Shown one piece after another: positions 28,593-39,269 of a stretch of 64,000 bases of DNA. The notes under the pieces were generated by a model. The model made no database searches, was not told where the DNA came from, and worked only from the letters and a program-made list of their open reading frames with translations. Positions within the stretch are counted from its first letter, which is position 1. Each line of letters begins with the position of its first letter. Both the position numbers and the translations under genes were made by a program. The stretch lies in NCBI GenBank assembly GCA_012646185.1, contig GCA_012646185.1_4706.1. One strand, given 5' to 3'. The stretch is from a phage.

Positions 28593-30144
28593 AGCGTTTC
28601 ACTCCTACGATGGTACCGACAAGAATTCTCGGTACGAATAAACTACGATGTTTGAACCATGAAGCGGTTGTTGGGATACGTTTGATGGCTTCGATAAGCC
28701 CGATTAGCGTATAGCATCCCCGACTGTTCTTCCTAGGCCAGTACTTTTTATCTAGACCTAATACTGCAAACAGTTCATCCACCAGATTGGGATAACAACA
28801 CAACGCTTCAAGTGTTTCAACCTGTAACTGACTTAAATCTAACAGTATCGCTAGACGAACGTGGTAATCACTCCGTAAGTCTAACGGATCTTTCGCTTCA
28901 AGATCACCAACGTCGGTTAATGTCCACGCGTCTCTTGCGTAGCGGTATTTGCCCTTCCAAACCTCAAGGAAAAAAGGAGATTGGTAGTGGCATTTTGACC
29001 ATTCTGGGTACTCACGGAACCACCGAACAAGATCGGGATGGAATTCACCTTCTTCGGCTAACGAGTCCAACGTCACCAATAGGTTAGGTTGTTCAGGATC
29101 GATGGCAAGCAGCGCGGTGAAAAGCGTGCTTGATGGAAGTTCGGTTTCCACGCTCGATGGCGGTAGCCATTCATCCAAATCAGGATACCGATACGCTTGA
29201 ATCGATGCGCCCTGTTCAGGCAAGAACGAATCACGAAGAATGTCCTGATACTGCACCACCATACCACCACGACGCGCACGGGATTTATCACGCACCGAAA
29301 GGCTCGGTTTGTAAAGGTACTCTTCGGGGAGTATCTGTTGGTGTACTTGAACCGGATACCGTGCTACGATGTGTGTTGGCGTGTCGTACGTGTAACGGTA
29401 AGAGAAGGTTGCGTTGTACGAAGAACTGTTCTCATTCTTCTCGGGTTTCGGAGCGTCGGTGAAATCAAATTGACCAGAGATCTCTTCTTGCATTTCCCTG
29501 ATAACCAATTTAACGCTCTTACCGTCACCGGCAACTGTCGTCATGGTGGTTGCACGGTTGTCGAACCCATCCCTAAGGTATTCGCTGAACTTATCCCCGT
29601 AACCCGCTATTGCTTCTCGGTGTGTATGAATAACTTTTAACAACATGAGAAACTGTGTTGGGATCGCATAGCTGTATTCGGCGCTAAGAAAGGCGGCAAC
29701 ATGCTGACTTGTGAGCAACCGTTTCATGTCGTACCACCAACGTTCGGCAGTGACCTGATCTTCGAACCGTTTGGTGATCTGCATGGTTGCAACCATCGTA
29801 CTGTAAACAGGTACCAGCGATACACCAAGGTTACGGTCTTCAAATACGGGAAGACTGTTTCGTTTGTAAACAGTATCGTACATAGAGGCCTGTTCTTCAG
29901 GGACAATGTTAAGCTCAATTTGGATAAACCCGTCAGCAGGCCCCTTTACATCCTGATCAACAACTTGCGGCGGTTGCTCGTTCGCAGCACTCATTTTAGC
30001 GTGAAGCGCTTCCCCTCGAAAAAGAATGTTCTCCCGACTATAATCCCACCCGCAAAGCTCGCTGATCTGCCGTAACACCGCGATTGCAACCGGACGTGTT
30101 ACCGTCGCGTATACGTCATTGATTTTTCGATCAAGTTTAGGCAT
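28579..30144 (-). CDS. hypothetical protein (~521 aa), start moved to ATG at 30142-30144
   Basis: Track start GTG at 30171; ATG at 30144 has GAGGA ribosome-binding site 8 nt upstream and lies 2 nt after the upstream stop. Confidence 0.8.
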   Translation of the reverse strand: MPKLDRKINDVYATVTRPVAIAVLRQISELCGWDYSRENILFRGEALHAKMSAANEQPPQVVDQDVKGPADGFIQIELNIVPEEQASMYDTVYKRNSLPVFEDRNLGVSLVPVYSTMVATMQITKRFEDQVTAERWWYDMKRLLTSQHVAAFLSAEYSYAIPTQFLMLLKVIHTHREAIAGYGDKFSEYLRDGFDNRATTMTTVAGDGKSVKLVIREMQEEISGQFDFTDAPKPEKNENSSSYNATFSYRYTYDTPTHIVARYPVQVHQQILPEEYLYKPSLSVRDKSRARRGGMVVQYQDILRDSFLPEQGASIQAYRYPDLDEWLPPSSVETELPSSTLFTALLAIDPEQPNLLVTLDSLAEEGEFHPDLVRWFREYPEWSKCHYQSPFFLEVWKGKYRYARDAWTLTDVGDLEAKDPLDLRSDYHVRLAILLDLSQLQVETLEALCCYPNLVDELFAVLGLDKKYWPRKNSRGCYTLIGLIEAIKRIPTTASWFKHRSLFVPRILVGTIVGVKRYGAR

Positions 30145-30520
30145 CGATGTCGTCCTCGCTAATTTCCTCACCTCCTTGTTGTCGATATCCGGTATAATGA
30201 ATCAGACTGCTCTGTAGAAGCTCTTTAACGAGCCCTAGACGCGTTTTATCTGTTTCATTGGACGTTTCCATTAATGTTTCTATTTCGTTGTTTAAAACAG
30301 CGTATAGCGCTTCTAACGGCAATCCTTGGATGATTGGTTTGATGGTACCTTCCGGTAGTGCCGCAACAGGAATCTGCACGACGGTTTCATGTGAGGTATG
30401 TGGGTTAATACGGCAAATATACATACCGGGTACTGAATGTCGCGGGCACGCCGCTACCAAGCATGTCTGTTGCTGCGCACCGTTAAGTGCGAGTGAGAGA
30501 AATTTTGCTTCACGTGTCAT
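30137..30520 (-). CDS. hypothetical protein (127 aa)
   Basis: ATG at 30518-30520. Confidence 0.75.
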   Translation of the reverse strand: MTREAKFLSLALNGAQQQTCLVAACPRHSVPGMYICRINPHTSHETVVQIPVAALPEGTIKPIIQGLPLEALYAVLNNEIETLMETSNETDKTRLGLVKELLQSSLIHYTGYRQQGGEEISEDDIDA

Positions 30521-30571
30521 CGCAGATTCCTGTTTGAAAGATAAGATATCACATGATGGTCGACAGCATAA

Positions 30572-30593
30572 AGCCCACCCCGAAGGGCGGGCT
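30572..30593 (-). terminator. hairpin AGCCCACCC-CGAA-GGGCGGGCT with GCATAAA/TTTATGC flanks
   Basis: Sits between the stop of the 1128-aa gene and the next start. Confidence 0.5.
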
Positions 30594-30608
30594 GTTTATG
30601 CGTACGGA

Positions 30609-33600
30609 TTACTTGTAGGCACCGCAATGGGCTTTGATGAGGAAAAGCACCGCTTGCATCGGTTTATTGAACTGTTGCCATAACGTCAATGCCGGATGGA
30701 ACAACCAATCTTCCAGACCAAGAACGATACCGTAGTTAACGACATTATTAACATCGTTCTCAACGTTGAGTTCGCTATCCAGGAATTTATCGATTGAACG
30801 CAGGGTCTGCATGGCGTTGTCAGCAATAAGCCAAGCTTCATGTGCTTCACGAGCCGCACGCAGCACTGCCTCCAGTTCGCTGATAGTAGCTACCGGTAAT
30901 TCCTCACTGGTGAGGTCGTCAGAAACCGTAAACTGGCGATTGATACCGGTGTAGATCCACTGCATCAGTTTCGCTGCTTCCTCGTTCGGGTTGTTACGCG
31001 TTGTCGCATAAGTCGCGCTCACCTTCACGATATGCGTTTCACCAAGATACGCTTTGGAACCAACACCTTTACGATCGCTGTCTTTCCACGGTTGTACGGT
31101 AGCGACCATGAGCTTATCCCATTTCTGAATAGGAATACGCTTCAGACCAACAACCGATCCAGCGGATGTTTCGGACTGGTTGCTCTTCCGCACGTCGCTG
31201 AGCTCACGATCGATAGCAACGATTAATTCACGCGTCATGTTACCAAGCATTTTGATTTCACCCAACGCAGCGATGAGCTTCTTCACGTCAGTAACAGGTT
31301 CACCACCGATGGTAAGATGACGGATGAAACGTTTCAGAATAATCCGTTCTGCTGCTGGGTTACCACGACGCGCTTTAGCCAACGCTTGCTGTGTTTCGGC
31401 GAACAGCTTATCCCATGGAGCCGTAGCGGCGGTATAGTAACGATGGTTGGTTTCGATCCAGTTACCGATACGGTTGACCGCGCTCTTAACGGTATCCATG
31501 AATCCTTCCATCGCAATTTCGGTAGCTTCGACGTTACCCTGGAAGTTATCAGGACCGATTTCGCGTGCCGCTACCAGAATACCTTCCACCGCACTCACCG
31601 CATGACGACCGATAGCCAGATTTCGCTGTGCTTCTTCAGCACGCTCAACGAATTCCACTACCGCAGGATCGTCAACGATTTCCGCCTCGGCAACAGCACG
31701 CGTACCCGCATCACCTTCCAGCGTTTCGATAGTGACAACCGGATCGTTTTCACCGGCAACATCCTGATACTCTTCCTGTTTGAGATCGCCGTTATCAGCC
31801 GCTGCGACAGCGGTGAGTATACGGACGGTAACATCACCGAGTTCTTTTGCAGCGAATCCGTAAACGGTGCATGCTGTTTTTGCAAAGTTCATTAGAATGC
31901 GTGTACGTTTAACGATGTAACCAACGCCGTAGTCACTACCGCTATTATCGATGTCACGGATTAACTGCTCAGCCGTTTCTTGAAGGATAGATACTGACTT
32001 CAAGAGATCGTCTTCAAACAGTTTCTTCGACACCTCAACCAACATATCAGCATTGATGTTGGGTGGGGTTTTGTCGCCCTGTTGTTTCATCTCGCTTAAT
32101 TCATCGCGGAACTTACTGATTCCATCCAAAGCGGCACTGGCGGTATGTCCGAACGCGGCAACTCCTGGCATTGTTGTTGCTGACAACATATCCGAATCGG
32201 CGTTTGGACTTTCGCCTTCTTTAAGATCCTTCAGCTGGTCGAAGAACTTGCGAGATGCTTCAGCGATACGTTTGCTGTCTTTCACCGCGTTTACGATTTT
32301 ATCGACGGATTTAGCGTCGTTTGCAAGCAGCGTATCGAGTTTGTTCCATTCGACACCGACTTTCGTCGCATCCTTAGTATCGCTTGGCGGAGGAAGCAGT
32401 TTTGTCACCGGAGTCGTGCGTTGTTCTTTGGTCAGCTTGTTGGCCTTCTCTTCGATTTTTTTCTTGTTAACACCAAAGAGATTTTTCAAACGCGCCACGA
32501 GGGCTTTTAAGAACTTCGCGACCGCTTCGTAAACCGATTTCAGAATCTGTTTAAAGCGACCCGGCTGCTTTTCCCCGTCTTCCAGATTGAGATCGCTGTT
32601 CAGTGCGACATCAAGCTGTTTGTACGATTCCATGATGTATTCGTCTTTGATTTCAGGACGAATCTCGAAGCTTTCCATCGGACCTTCAGCCGGACGGAAT
32701 TCCATTTTCAGTTCGCCTTGCAGGGTAGGGTCGACAATAGCGATAGCTTCACCCTGACCATCAGCGTTAAAGCGTTCAGCGTAACGAGTACGGCGAACAA
32801 TAACGCTCTTATCCCCATCAAGACGACGCACCACCATGGTGCCAGGAATGTACGGTTGTTCTGTTTCAATGACGGTTACATCTGTTTCACCCTCACCGAG
32901 AATAACAGATGCACGCTGTTCGACAACAGGAACATCTAATACACCACGGGCTTCCAGCTCTTGATGGATTTCGAACGACTCTTGTTTCAGATCTTCATCT
33001 TCTTCGTTTTCGTCGTCTTCATCATCGTCACCTTTGGTGTTTTCATCATCCTTGGTGGTTGTGTCGTCGGTGGCACCAGCGTCAGCGTCGGTGTTAGCAG
33101 GTTCTTCGGACGCAGGTTCGGTGGTGTTGTCCTCCGTGGACGACCCGTCAGTGTTATCGACATCAACATCACCTTGCAGTTCTGTTTCCTGAGCAACTGC
33201 TTCGGCTTTCTGCTCGCCGGTATTACCATCATTAGCGTCGACAACAGGTTGTTCGTCAGCGACGGTATCTTCAACCTTTTCTACTTTCTCCACGACACGT
33301 TTAATCACGGTGACTTTGATGGGTTCTTCCGTTGTTTTGGTTTCTGACGTCACCTCGGCTGCCGCAGCCGCTGTTTCAGCAACAGGTTCTGCTTTTTCCG
33401 GTTCGACGACATTACCTTTAACACCTTCGGTGGTTTCTGCAGGTTGCGCTGCCTGTTCGATTTGCGCCGGATTGGTTGGATCGATGGCGTTAGCCGCATC
33501 CTGAATCTTGTTCTTCAGGTTGTCGCGGTCAGCGTTAACGGTCGGGTCGTTGGTCACTTTCGGTGCCGGTGTTTCGGTCGGTGCGTTTGCCGGATACGGG

Positions 33601-33995
33601 TTCTTCGGCTCTTCGCCAGGTGCGGTCGGTACCGCGATCAGAACGAACGGTTGAACATCGTTACCGTCTTCCATGGTTACGCCACCGTTGCTCGGTGTGA
33701 AACGAATTCGTAAACTACCATCAATAGGACGGGTCACAATAACAGCACGTACGACATCCTCACCGTTCTCATCCGTGCTACGAATCACACGAACAGCGTC
33801 ATCAACGGTAGCCCCTTCCTCGAGCGTATCTGATTCGATCGTCGCTTCGATGCTGTCTGGCCGTGCCGCTGTAGGTAATGCGATCACTTGCTCTTCTTTA
33901 TCAGTAGAAAGCGTTGCTTTGACTTCGATAGGTGTATCGCCGCTTTCCAGGTTAAGATGCGACTTACGCATCAGATCAGCTAACGATTTTTTCAT
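30609..33995 (-). CDS. large protein (1128 aa) with acidic low-complexity region; shares a motif with the tandem paralog family 34011-40592
   Basis: ATG at 33993-33995 with AAGAGGAA ribosome-binding site; D/E/T-rich stretch (…KDDENTKGDDDEDDENEEDEDL…). Confidence 0.85.
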   Translation of the reverse strand: MKKSLADLMRKSHLNLESGDTPIEVKATLSTDKEEQVIALPTAARPDSIEATIESDTLEEGATVDDAVRVIRSTDENGEDVVRAVIVTRPIDGSLRIRFTPSNGGVTMEDGNDVQPFVLIAVPTAPGEEPKNPYPANAPTETPAPKVTNDPTVNADRDNLKNKIQDAANAIDPTNPAQIEQAAQPAETTEGVKGNVVEPEKAEPVAETAAAAAEVTSETKTTEEPIKVTVIKRVVEKVEKVEDTVADEQPVVDANDGNTGEQKAEAVAQETELQGDVDVDNTDGSSTEDNTTEPASEEPANTDADAGATDDTTTKDDENTKGDDDEDDENEEDEDLKQESFEIHQELEARGVLDVPVVEQRASVILGEGETDVTVIETEQPYIPGTMVVRRLDGDKSVIVRRTRYAERFNADGQGEAIAIVDPTLQGELKMEFRPAEGPMESFEIRPEIKDEYIMESYKQLDVALNSDLNLEDGEKQPGRFKQILKSVYEAVAKFLKALVARLKNLFGVNKKKIEEKANKLTKEQRTTPVTKLLPPPSDTKDATKVGVEWNKLDTLLANDAKSVDKIVNAVKDSKRIAEASRKFFDQLKDLKEGESPNADSDMLSATTMPGVAAFGHTASAALDGISKFRDELSEMKQQGDKTPPNINADMLVEVSKKLFEDDLLKSVSILQETAEQLIRDIDNSGSDYGVGYIVKRTRILMNFAKTACTVYGFAAKELGDVTVRILTAVAAADNGDLKQEEYQDVAGENDPVVTIETLEGDAGTRAVAEAEIVDDPAVVEFVERAEEAQRNLAIGRHAVSAVEGILVAAREIGPDNFQGNVEATEIAMEGFMDTVKSAVNRIGNWIETNHRYYTAATAPWDKLFAETQQALAKARRGNPAAERIILKRFIRHLTIGGEPVTDVKKLIAALGEIKMLGNMTRELIVAIDRELSDVRKSNQSETSAGSVVGLKRIPIQKWDKLMVATVQPWKDSDRKGVGSKAYLGETHIVKVSATYATTRNNPNEEAAKLMQWIYTGINRQFTVSDDLTSEELPVATISELEAVLRAAREAHEAWLIADNAMQTLRSIDKFLDSELNVENDVNNVVNYGIVLGLEDWLFHPALTLWQQFNKPMQAVLFLIKAHCGAYK

Positions 33996-34010
33996 AAAGC
34001 GTTATTCCTC

Positions 34011-35117
34011 TTAAAAGTAATATTTCAGCGCCTCGCGAGAGACATCAAGCATAGCCGCTGTTGAATTCGTAAAGAACTCGGCATAGCCCACAAGCGGCAC
34101 CTTGATCCACGCGGTATACGCTGTAAGGTATCGAGAAAGGGCTACCATAGCATCATCAGAAGCAGTAGTAACTGACAACTGACCTTGTTGACGATAAACG
34201 TCGTTAAGTTTTGCTTGTAGATTCCCTGCGATTTCGAGTAACTCGTTGGCGTACTTTTTGCGATGGTAACTAACCAGTAAATCAACACCCGTATTTACCG
34301 ACTCGAGTAGCACACCAACTTGTTCTAATGTTGGCATTGTAACCACCATATCCCGTTCAACGGACGGTACATCCTGGACTTCAAACCGTGCGGATTGAAT
34401 GGCGAGGGACTGTTGAATTGAACCAGAACCTGAGGCGGTAACCTGATCGAGTCGTAGCGTACGGTTACCCAGTAACGTTACGTTGACGAGTCTCGATTCG
34501 TTCAGCGTACTGTAGACTTTGTGCAATAACGTATACGCGTCACGGTTAATCACATCGATTAATGCGGTATCCGTCTGTTTTAAGATAATGTCGAGCGCTC
34601 TATCTAACGTATTAGCGAACTGCTTGAAATCATCACGGAACGACGAAGACAAGAGATATTCAGCGATTGCCAAATTCTGTTTGTATAACGTATTCCCAGT
34701 TGTGAAGTCGAATCCAAAACTGTTCCCATACCGTAGGTGCGGTGCCAGCGTTGACGAAGCTTCGAAGCTTTGCGCGATGGGTTTACGACCAACGGCTTTT
34801 GTGTAGTGACGGCGGATGTTGCTGAGTTCGAGCTGTAGTGCACGACTACGATCGATAAACCGGGCGATAAAAGCAGTGATGTTCCGCAACGTTGTCCAGA
34901 TCGCATCGATGATGGCTTTGATGATTTTCATCGCAAGCTGATTGTACGATTCCATCGTGAGGAGATCAGCACTTTCTGTGGTATAACCGGTTGCCGGAAT
35001 ACCGCCTGCTTGCTGATAAATAAGCTGGTGAATTTGTCGTTGCGTTGCTGTCTCTGGCACAGGTAATGTTTTTAACAAGCTTAACGCTTGAATCTGTCCG
35101 TCATAGGTCTGCAGCAT
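34011..35117 (-). CDS. hypothetical protein, paralog family B (possible head internal protein); start uncertain (35117 or 35159)
   Basis: ATG at 35115-35117 has GAGGAAA ribosome-binding site; the track ATG at 35159 lacks one and overlaps the upstream gene by 59 nt. Confidence 0.7.
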   Translation of the reverse strand: MLQTYDGQIQALSLLKTLPVPETATQRQIHQLIYQQAGGIPATGYTTESADLLTMESYNQLAMKIIKAIIDAIWTTLRNITAFIARFIDRSRALQLELSNIRRHYTKAVGRKPIAQSFEASSTLAPHLRYGNSFGFDFTTGNTLYKQNLAIAEYLLSSSFRDDFKQFANTLDRALDIILKQTDTALIDVINRDAYTLLHKVYSTLNESRLVNVTLLGNRTLRLDQVTASGSGSIQQSLAIQSARFEVQDVPSVERDMVVTMPTLEQVGVLLESVNTGVDLLVSYHRKKYANELLEIAGNLQAKLNDVYRQQGQLSVTTASDDAMVALSRYLTAYTAWIKVPLVGYAEFFTNSTAAMLDVSREALKYYF

Positions 35118-36402
35118 TGCTGGTTTCCTCAAGTTCGAGATGCGCGTCAAGATAATCATTAAGACCGTCGATGACGTCGCAGACAGTTAACAGGAATCGG
35201 GCAAAAGCAACCGCTTGGAAACCGACGACGTTACGCGCGATACCCACACGTTGAACGATAGCGGATGCGGTGGTATCGTCGTTGTCCATCTGTTGTAGCA
35301 AACGCTCGTAAGGTTGAATCCATTCGTCCTGGTCGGCAAGGCTTGCTTCAAGACAACGTTTAAATTCCAACTGGCGTAGCGTAGACCATAACGTACTTAA
35401 TGCGTTGATGATCGCGTTGGTTCCGTCGATAACGTCGTTTAACGGTAAGAAACGGAATCCGTCTTTTGCTGATTGGAAAGATACGGCTTCCCACACAACG
35501 CTGAATTGCGTTCCTGTTGCGTCTTCGATGTTGTGTACTTTAAGATAGGAAGCACCAACAGGTACGTCAACGACCAGATCGTCTGTTCCGGTAGGCGTTA
35601 ACGGCTTCTCGCATAACGCCTCGTTAATGACCTCGAGGATATTCTCCCAACAGGCTTCGTTTTCTGCAGCGATACCTTCTTTGTTATCCGCAGATGGTGC
35701 TTTTAGTAGCTGCATTAATAACGGATCGAGTTGACGATGCCATGCTGCGAGGATTCCTGTGTTCGTCACGATGTTTTCTGCGGTTTGTCGTAAATCAGCA
35801 ATACTGCTTACGGCACCACCTTTCGGATGAAGATATCGCCAGTTGTAGGGAAAGTTCTCCCAGAATGCGTTATCTTCATTAACATCGTATTCGGAAATAG
35901 TTTTCAACGCAGCCGCTTTCTTTAATAACGGCTTCACCTGACGAACGAATCGACGATAACAACGATTGCAGATATCGATCGCGTAGCGGTATAACTCGTT
36001 CATGTAAAGCCATAACGCTCGGGTTGCTTCTTTTGCGGTCTTGTCAAAACTTTCCATGTTCAAGCTCATCCCGCTGGAAGTTTCCTCTTCCAGACCATCG
36101 ATGATGTGGTTTGGGTCCATTCCCATTCCGGCTGCTGCGGTTGTTGCGATATGTTTGATGGTGCTGATATCGCGTTCCTCGACTGCAGCCATGTTTGGGA
36201 CAATATCCAGCCTGAGTTTATTTAATGTTTGAAGGTGTTGTTCACCTTCTTTCATCATCGTGTTTGTTTCGTCGATTGAGTGAAACTGATTCTCAATATT
36301 ACTGGCATCGAGAATGTTGCCAGCGATACCGAACGATTCTACAGGTTCATCATCAATCCCTTGAAACAACGATGTCATGGGTTGTTGTAACACGTTTTCC
36401 AT
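35101..36402 (-). CDS. hypothetical protein, paralog family B (433 aa)
   Basis: ATG at 36400-36402 with GGAG ribosome-binding site. Confidence 0.85.
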   Translation of the reverse strand: MENVLQQPMTSLFQGIDDEPVESFGIAGNILDASNIENQFHSIDETNTMMKEGEQHLQTLNKLRLDIVPNMAAVEERDISTIKHIATTAAAGMGMDPNHIIDGLEEETSSGMSLNMESFDKTAKEATRALWLYMNELYRYAIDICNRCYRRFVRQVKPLLKKAAALKTISEYDVNEDNAFWENFPYNWRYLHPKGGAVSSIADLRQTAENIVTNTGILAAWHRQLDPLLMQLLKAPSADNKEGIAAENEACWENILEVINEALCEKPLTPTGTDDLVVDVPVGASYLKVHNIEDATGTQFSVVWEAVSFQSAKDGFRFLPLNDVIDGTNAIINALSTLWSTLRQLEFKRCLEASLADQDEWIQPYERLLQQMDNDDTTASAIVQRVGIARNVVGFQAVAFARFLLTVCDVIDGLNDYLDAHLELEETSNAADL

Positions 36403-36509
36403 TTGGGACTCCTACGTAGGAAAATCTTGGCGGGTGATCATGTCCGCCATTTACCTTCTGAACCGTTGATTCAGAAGTCAAAAGATAACCGGATACCAAC
36501 GTCATAAAA

Positions 36510-36541
36510 CCTTCCTCCAACCCAACAGGGAAGGAGGAAGG
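36510..36541 (-). terminator. conserved terminator hairpin
   Basis: CCTTCCTCC-AA-CCC-AACA-GGG-AA-GGAGGAAGG. Confidence 0.7.
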
Positions 36542-36551
36542 GATATAGTGG

Positions 36552-37841
36552 TTATGCTTTTTCGGTTACAGCGTCGAAGTATTTCGCTGCAGCAAATACA
36601 GCATCTGCATATTGACGGTTAGCAACACGGAGGATCTTAGCTGCTAATACCGCGCTCAAGCGCGCCATTTCAGAAATGGCGCTTATATAAGGACGAACGG
36701 TTTCACGATCTGCTTCCGGTAGATTGTCGAGCATACCGTCCCATTTAGTTTTAATTTTCATGCCGTTGAGTTTAGCAGTACGTTCGACAGTACTTGTTAA
36801 ACTTTCTGTCTGGTGAAAATACACGGGGTCAACAACACGAAACGCGTTAAGATACGAAGTCAGTGCGGCTTTCAATTCGTCGTCGTTATTGAAAATGTTC
36901 GCGTTTTCAATACTACCGGTCGCGGTTTCTTCAACTTCGATCTGAATATTCTTCACGAGCGCGCAGGCCTTAATGGTATCTTTCTCAGCCATAAGAGCGT
37001 CAAGACCTTTAACAACATATCGTTTCCCACCACTTTCTGGTATTTTGAGTCCTTTTAACGCAGGCTTGATGGCGTAAATATAATCGTCCAGAATATCGGC
37101 AAGTGTCGTCAAATCGGTTAGTTTATTAACTTTCTTGTTAATGTCGTCAGTTTGGAGTAGTAAAAAAGTGGATGCTTGTGTGGATGCCGCTAACTGCTCA
37201 ATATGTTTACGAATCTCCAACGCGTTAACCGTTTTTGCGTTAGGGAACATGCTAATCATATTCCCGGTCGGTTTATTTAGTTGTTTGATGTGACGCTCGC
37301 CTTTATTTACAGCGGTTGCAACATCGGTAATTTTTTTATACGCTACCGCAAGGTTTTTGAAAAGCAGCTGAATCAGCTTACATAACTGTTCAGCCATGTT
37401 CGCAATGATTACCCAGACTGCGTATAACGCTTGTGCTGCGCGTTCTTTAAAGCCTTCCAGTACAATAGCTTGCCCTTCCACCAAACGATCGTCGGCTTGG
37501 AACATGTCTTCATCAGACATCCCCAGGTTAGCCGCTGACGTCGAAGCAATCTGACGGATAAGGGCGACGTCACTAGCACGTGCTTCCGTGATCGTTGGTG
37601 CGATCATGTACGCGGTATCTTCCAGCGTTGCTGAGGTACGCACCGCGATTTCAGCCAGTTCGCTGGATTCATCGATTGTCTCGTCGGTACGTCGAATCAC
37701 CAACTCAACTTCGTCCTCTTCGATTTCCGCGTTAGGATCATTTTGCTCCGTCGGAATTGCCGCAAGAAGATCTTCGGCGCTGAGCAATGCGAGTTCGAAT
37801 GCGTTTTTATTGACGTTATCAAAAAGAGAGATGCGGGCCAT
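36552..37841 (-). CDS. hypothetical protein, paralog family B (429 aa)
   Basis: ATG at 37839-37841; N-terminus MARISLFDN resembles the other paralogs. Confidence 0.85.
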   Translation of the reverse strand: MARISLFDNVNKNAFELALLSAEDLLAAIPTEQNDPNAEIEEDEVELVIRRTDETIDESSELAEIAVRTSATLEDTAYMIAPTITEARASDVALIRQIASTSAANLGMSDEDMFQADDRLVEGQAIVLEGFKERAAQALYAVWVIIANMAEQLCKLIQLLFKNLAVAYKKITDVATAVNKGERHIKQLNKPTGNMISMFPNAKTVNALEIRKHIEQLAASTQASTFLLLQTDDINKKVNKLTDLTTLADILDDYIYAIKPALKGLKIPESGGKRYVVKGLDALMAEKDTIKACALVKNIQIEVEETATGSIENANIFNNDDELKAALTSYLNAFRVVDPVYFHQTESLTSTVERTAKLNGMKIKTKWDGMLDNLPEADRETVRPYISAISEMARLSAVLAAKILRVANRQYADAVFAAAKYFDAVTEKA

Positions 37842-37850
37842 GTTAGTTCC

Positions 37851-39167
37851 TTAACCTTTTGTATAAGCTTTAACGAGAGTGTTGATAAATGAGGTCAATG
37901 CACGAAGATATTGGTAAGCGAATTGGTTTTCAATACGGTTCTCTTTACCGCAAAGCAGAATCGCACGCTTAACGAGCTTAGGATAGATCTCAACGTACGG
38001 TTGGTAGCTCGCATCAAAATTCTGCTCGTTGAAGCGTTTCATGGTGATTTCCTGGATGCGCTCCATGGTGCGAATTTTATTACGAGAGAAGATCTCAGAG
38101 AAAGCGCGTCCGCGTTTTGTTACCATCAACAGATCTTTCGCGAACGTCAGTTGTCGAACGCTACGCAAATCGTCAGGTGTCGGCAGGACGTACGTTTCCG
38201 GATCACTATCCCATTCAACATCTTCAACGACAATATCCAAGTCGAGGTAACGTTTAACCGCATCGATGATATTGTCTTTTGACGCATCGAATTCTTTCAA
38301 GAAGACTGCGCCGTTGATGTAACGAATGCGTTTTCCGGAAACCGTTGGGGTGATAACGTCAGTACCTTCCACGGAACCGCGATTTTCCAGCGTCGATTTG
38401 ACAGCGTTCAAGAAAGTCAGATAATCAACGGGAAGTTTTTCAACCTTATCTAAATGGAAGTCGATGATGTTTAACCCCAACCCATCAATAACTGAATAAC
38501 CGTCCGATTTAAGGAACATCTGATTGAAGGTATCGATGTTGCTTTTCAGCGCGTCTACACCACCAACGTTGTTACGGTTAGGGAAAAGTGTCCGCCACTC
38601 CGCTTTAAATGCAACTTCTTTATTTTCCTCGTATTTGCCTTTAGGCATTTGTTCGAGGGCTGCAACGGCTTTCTGAAAATTGCGCGTCTCGTCGTAAACA
38701 AGACGGGTAAGCTTCTCGAAGGCTGCTGCCAGGGTCAGGGCAATATCAACAATGATATCCCAGATCTTTTTCATGGCTTTTACAACGGTGTCCTTAAACC
38801 CTTCAACAACCAAAGCTTCTCCAACCTCAACACGATCGGTTGGCGTCAGCAATGCTTCGGAGGGTAGACCCAGAGCAATCGATGCGGATTCTTGCACGTT
38901 ACGAACCAACGCAACATCACTGTAGTTAGCCGATTCGATAGTCGGAGCAACATCAAAACTGATTTCCCGTAATGCAGCAACAGCAGGGAAAGCACGATCA
39001 AGTGCATCTTCATGTTCGTCGATTGTCGCCAAACGTAATTCAACGCCATCGGCATCGATGACATCGGCTGTAGGCTCCACAGCAAGCGCCTCAGCAACAA
39101 TAGGATCTTTTTCAAACGCCTCAAGGCTGATATCGCCTTGGGTCGCAAATAGCGGTATGTGTACCAT
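37851..39167 (-). CDS. hypothetical protein, paralog family B (~438 aa), start moved to ATG at 39165-39167
   Basis: Track start TTG at 39191; ATG at 39167 has GGAG ribosome-binding site 7 nt upstream; N-terminus MVHIPLFATQ fits the family M-x-x-I-x-LF pattern. Confidence 0.8.
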   Translation of the reverse strand: MVHIPLFATQGDISLEAFEKDPIVAEALAVEPTADVIDADGVELRLATIDEHEDALDRAFPAVAALREISFDVAPTIESANYSDVALVRNVQESASIALGLPSEALLTPTDRVEVGEALVVEGFKDTVVKAMKKIWDIIVDIALTLAAAFEKLTRLVYDETRNFQKAVAALEQMPKGKYEENKEVAFKAEWRTLFPNRNNVGGVDALKSNIDTFNQMFLKSDGYSVIDGLGLNIIDFHLDKVEKLPVDYLTFLNAVKSTLENRGSVEGTDVITPTVSGKRIRYINGAVFLKEFDASKDNIIDAVKRYLDLDIVVEDVEWDSDPETYVLPTPDDLRSVRQLTFAKDLLMVTKRGRAFSEIFSRNKIRTMERIQEITMKRFNEQNFDASYQPYVEIYPKLVKRAILLCGKENRIENQFAYQYLRALTSFINTLVKAYTKG

Positions 39168-39215
39168 GTGTTGTCTCCAGTAATGATTCAAAAGATAAAC
39201 CTGAGCGGCATAGAA

Positions 39216-39247
39216 CCCTCTCCCAACCCGTTAGGGAAGGGAGAGGG
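39216..39247 (-). terminator. conserved terminator hairpin
   Basis: CCCTCTCCC-AA-CCC-GTTA-GGG-AA-GGGAGAGGG. Confidence 0.7.
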
Positions 39248-39269
39248 GATATGTCAGTTTATTAACTGA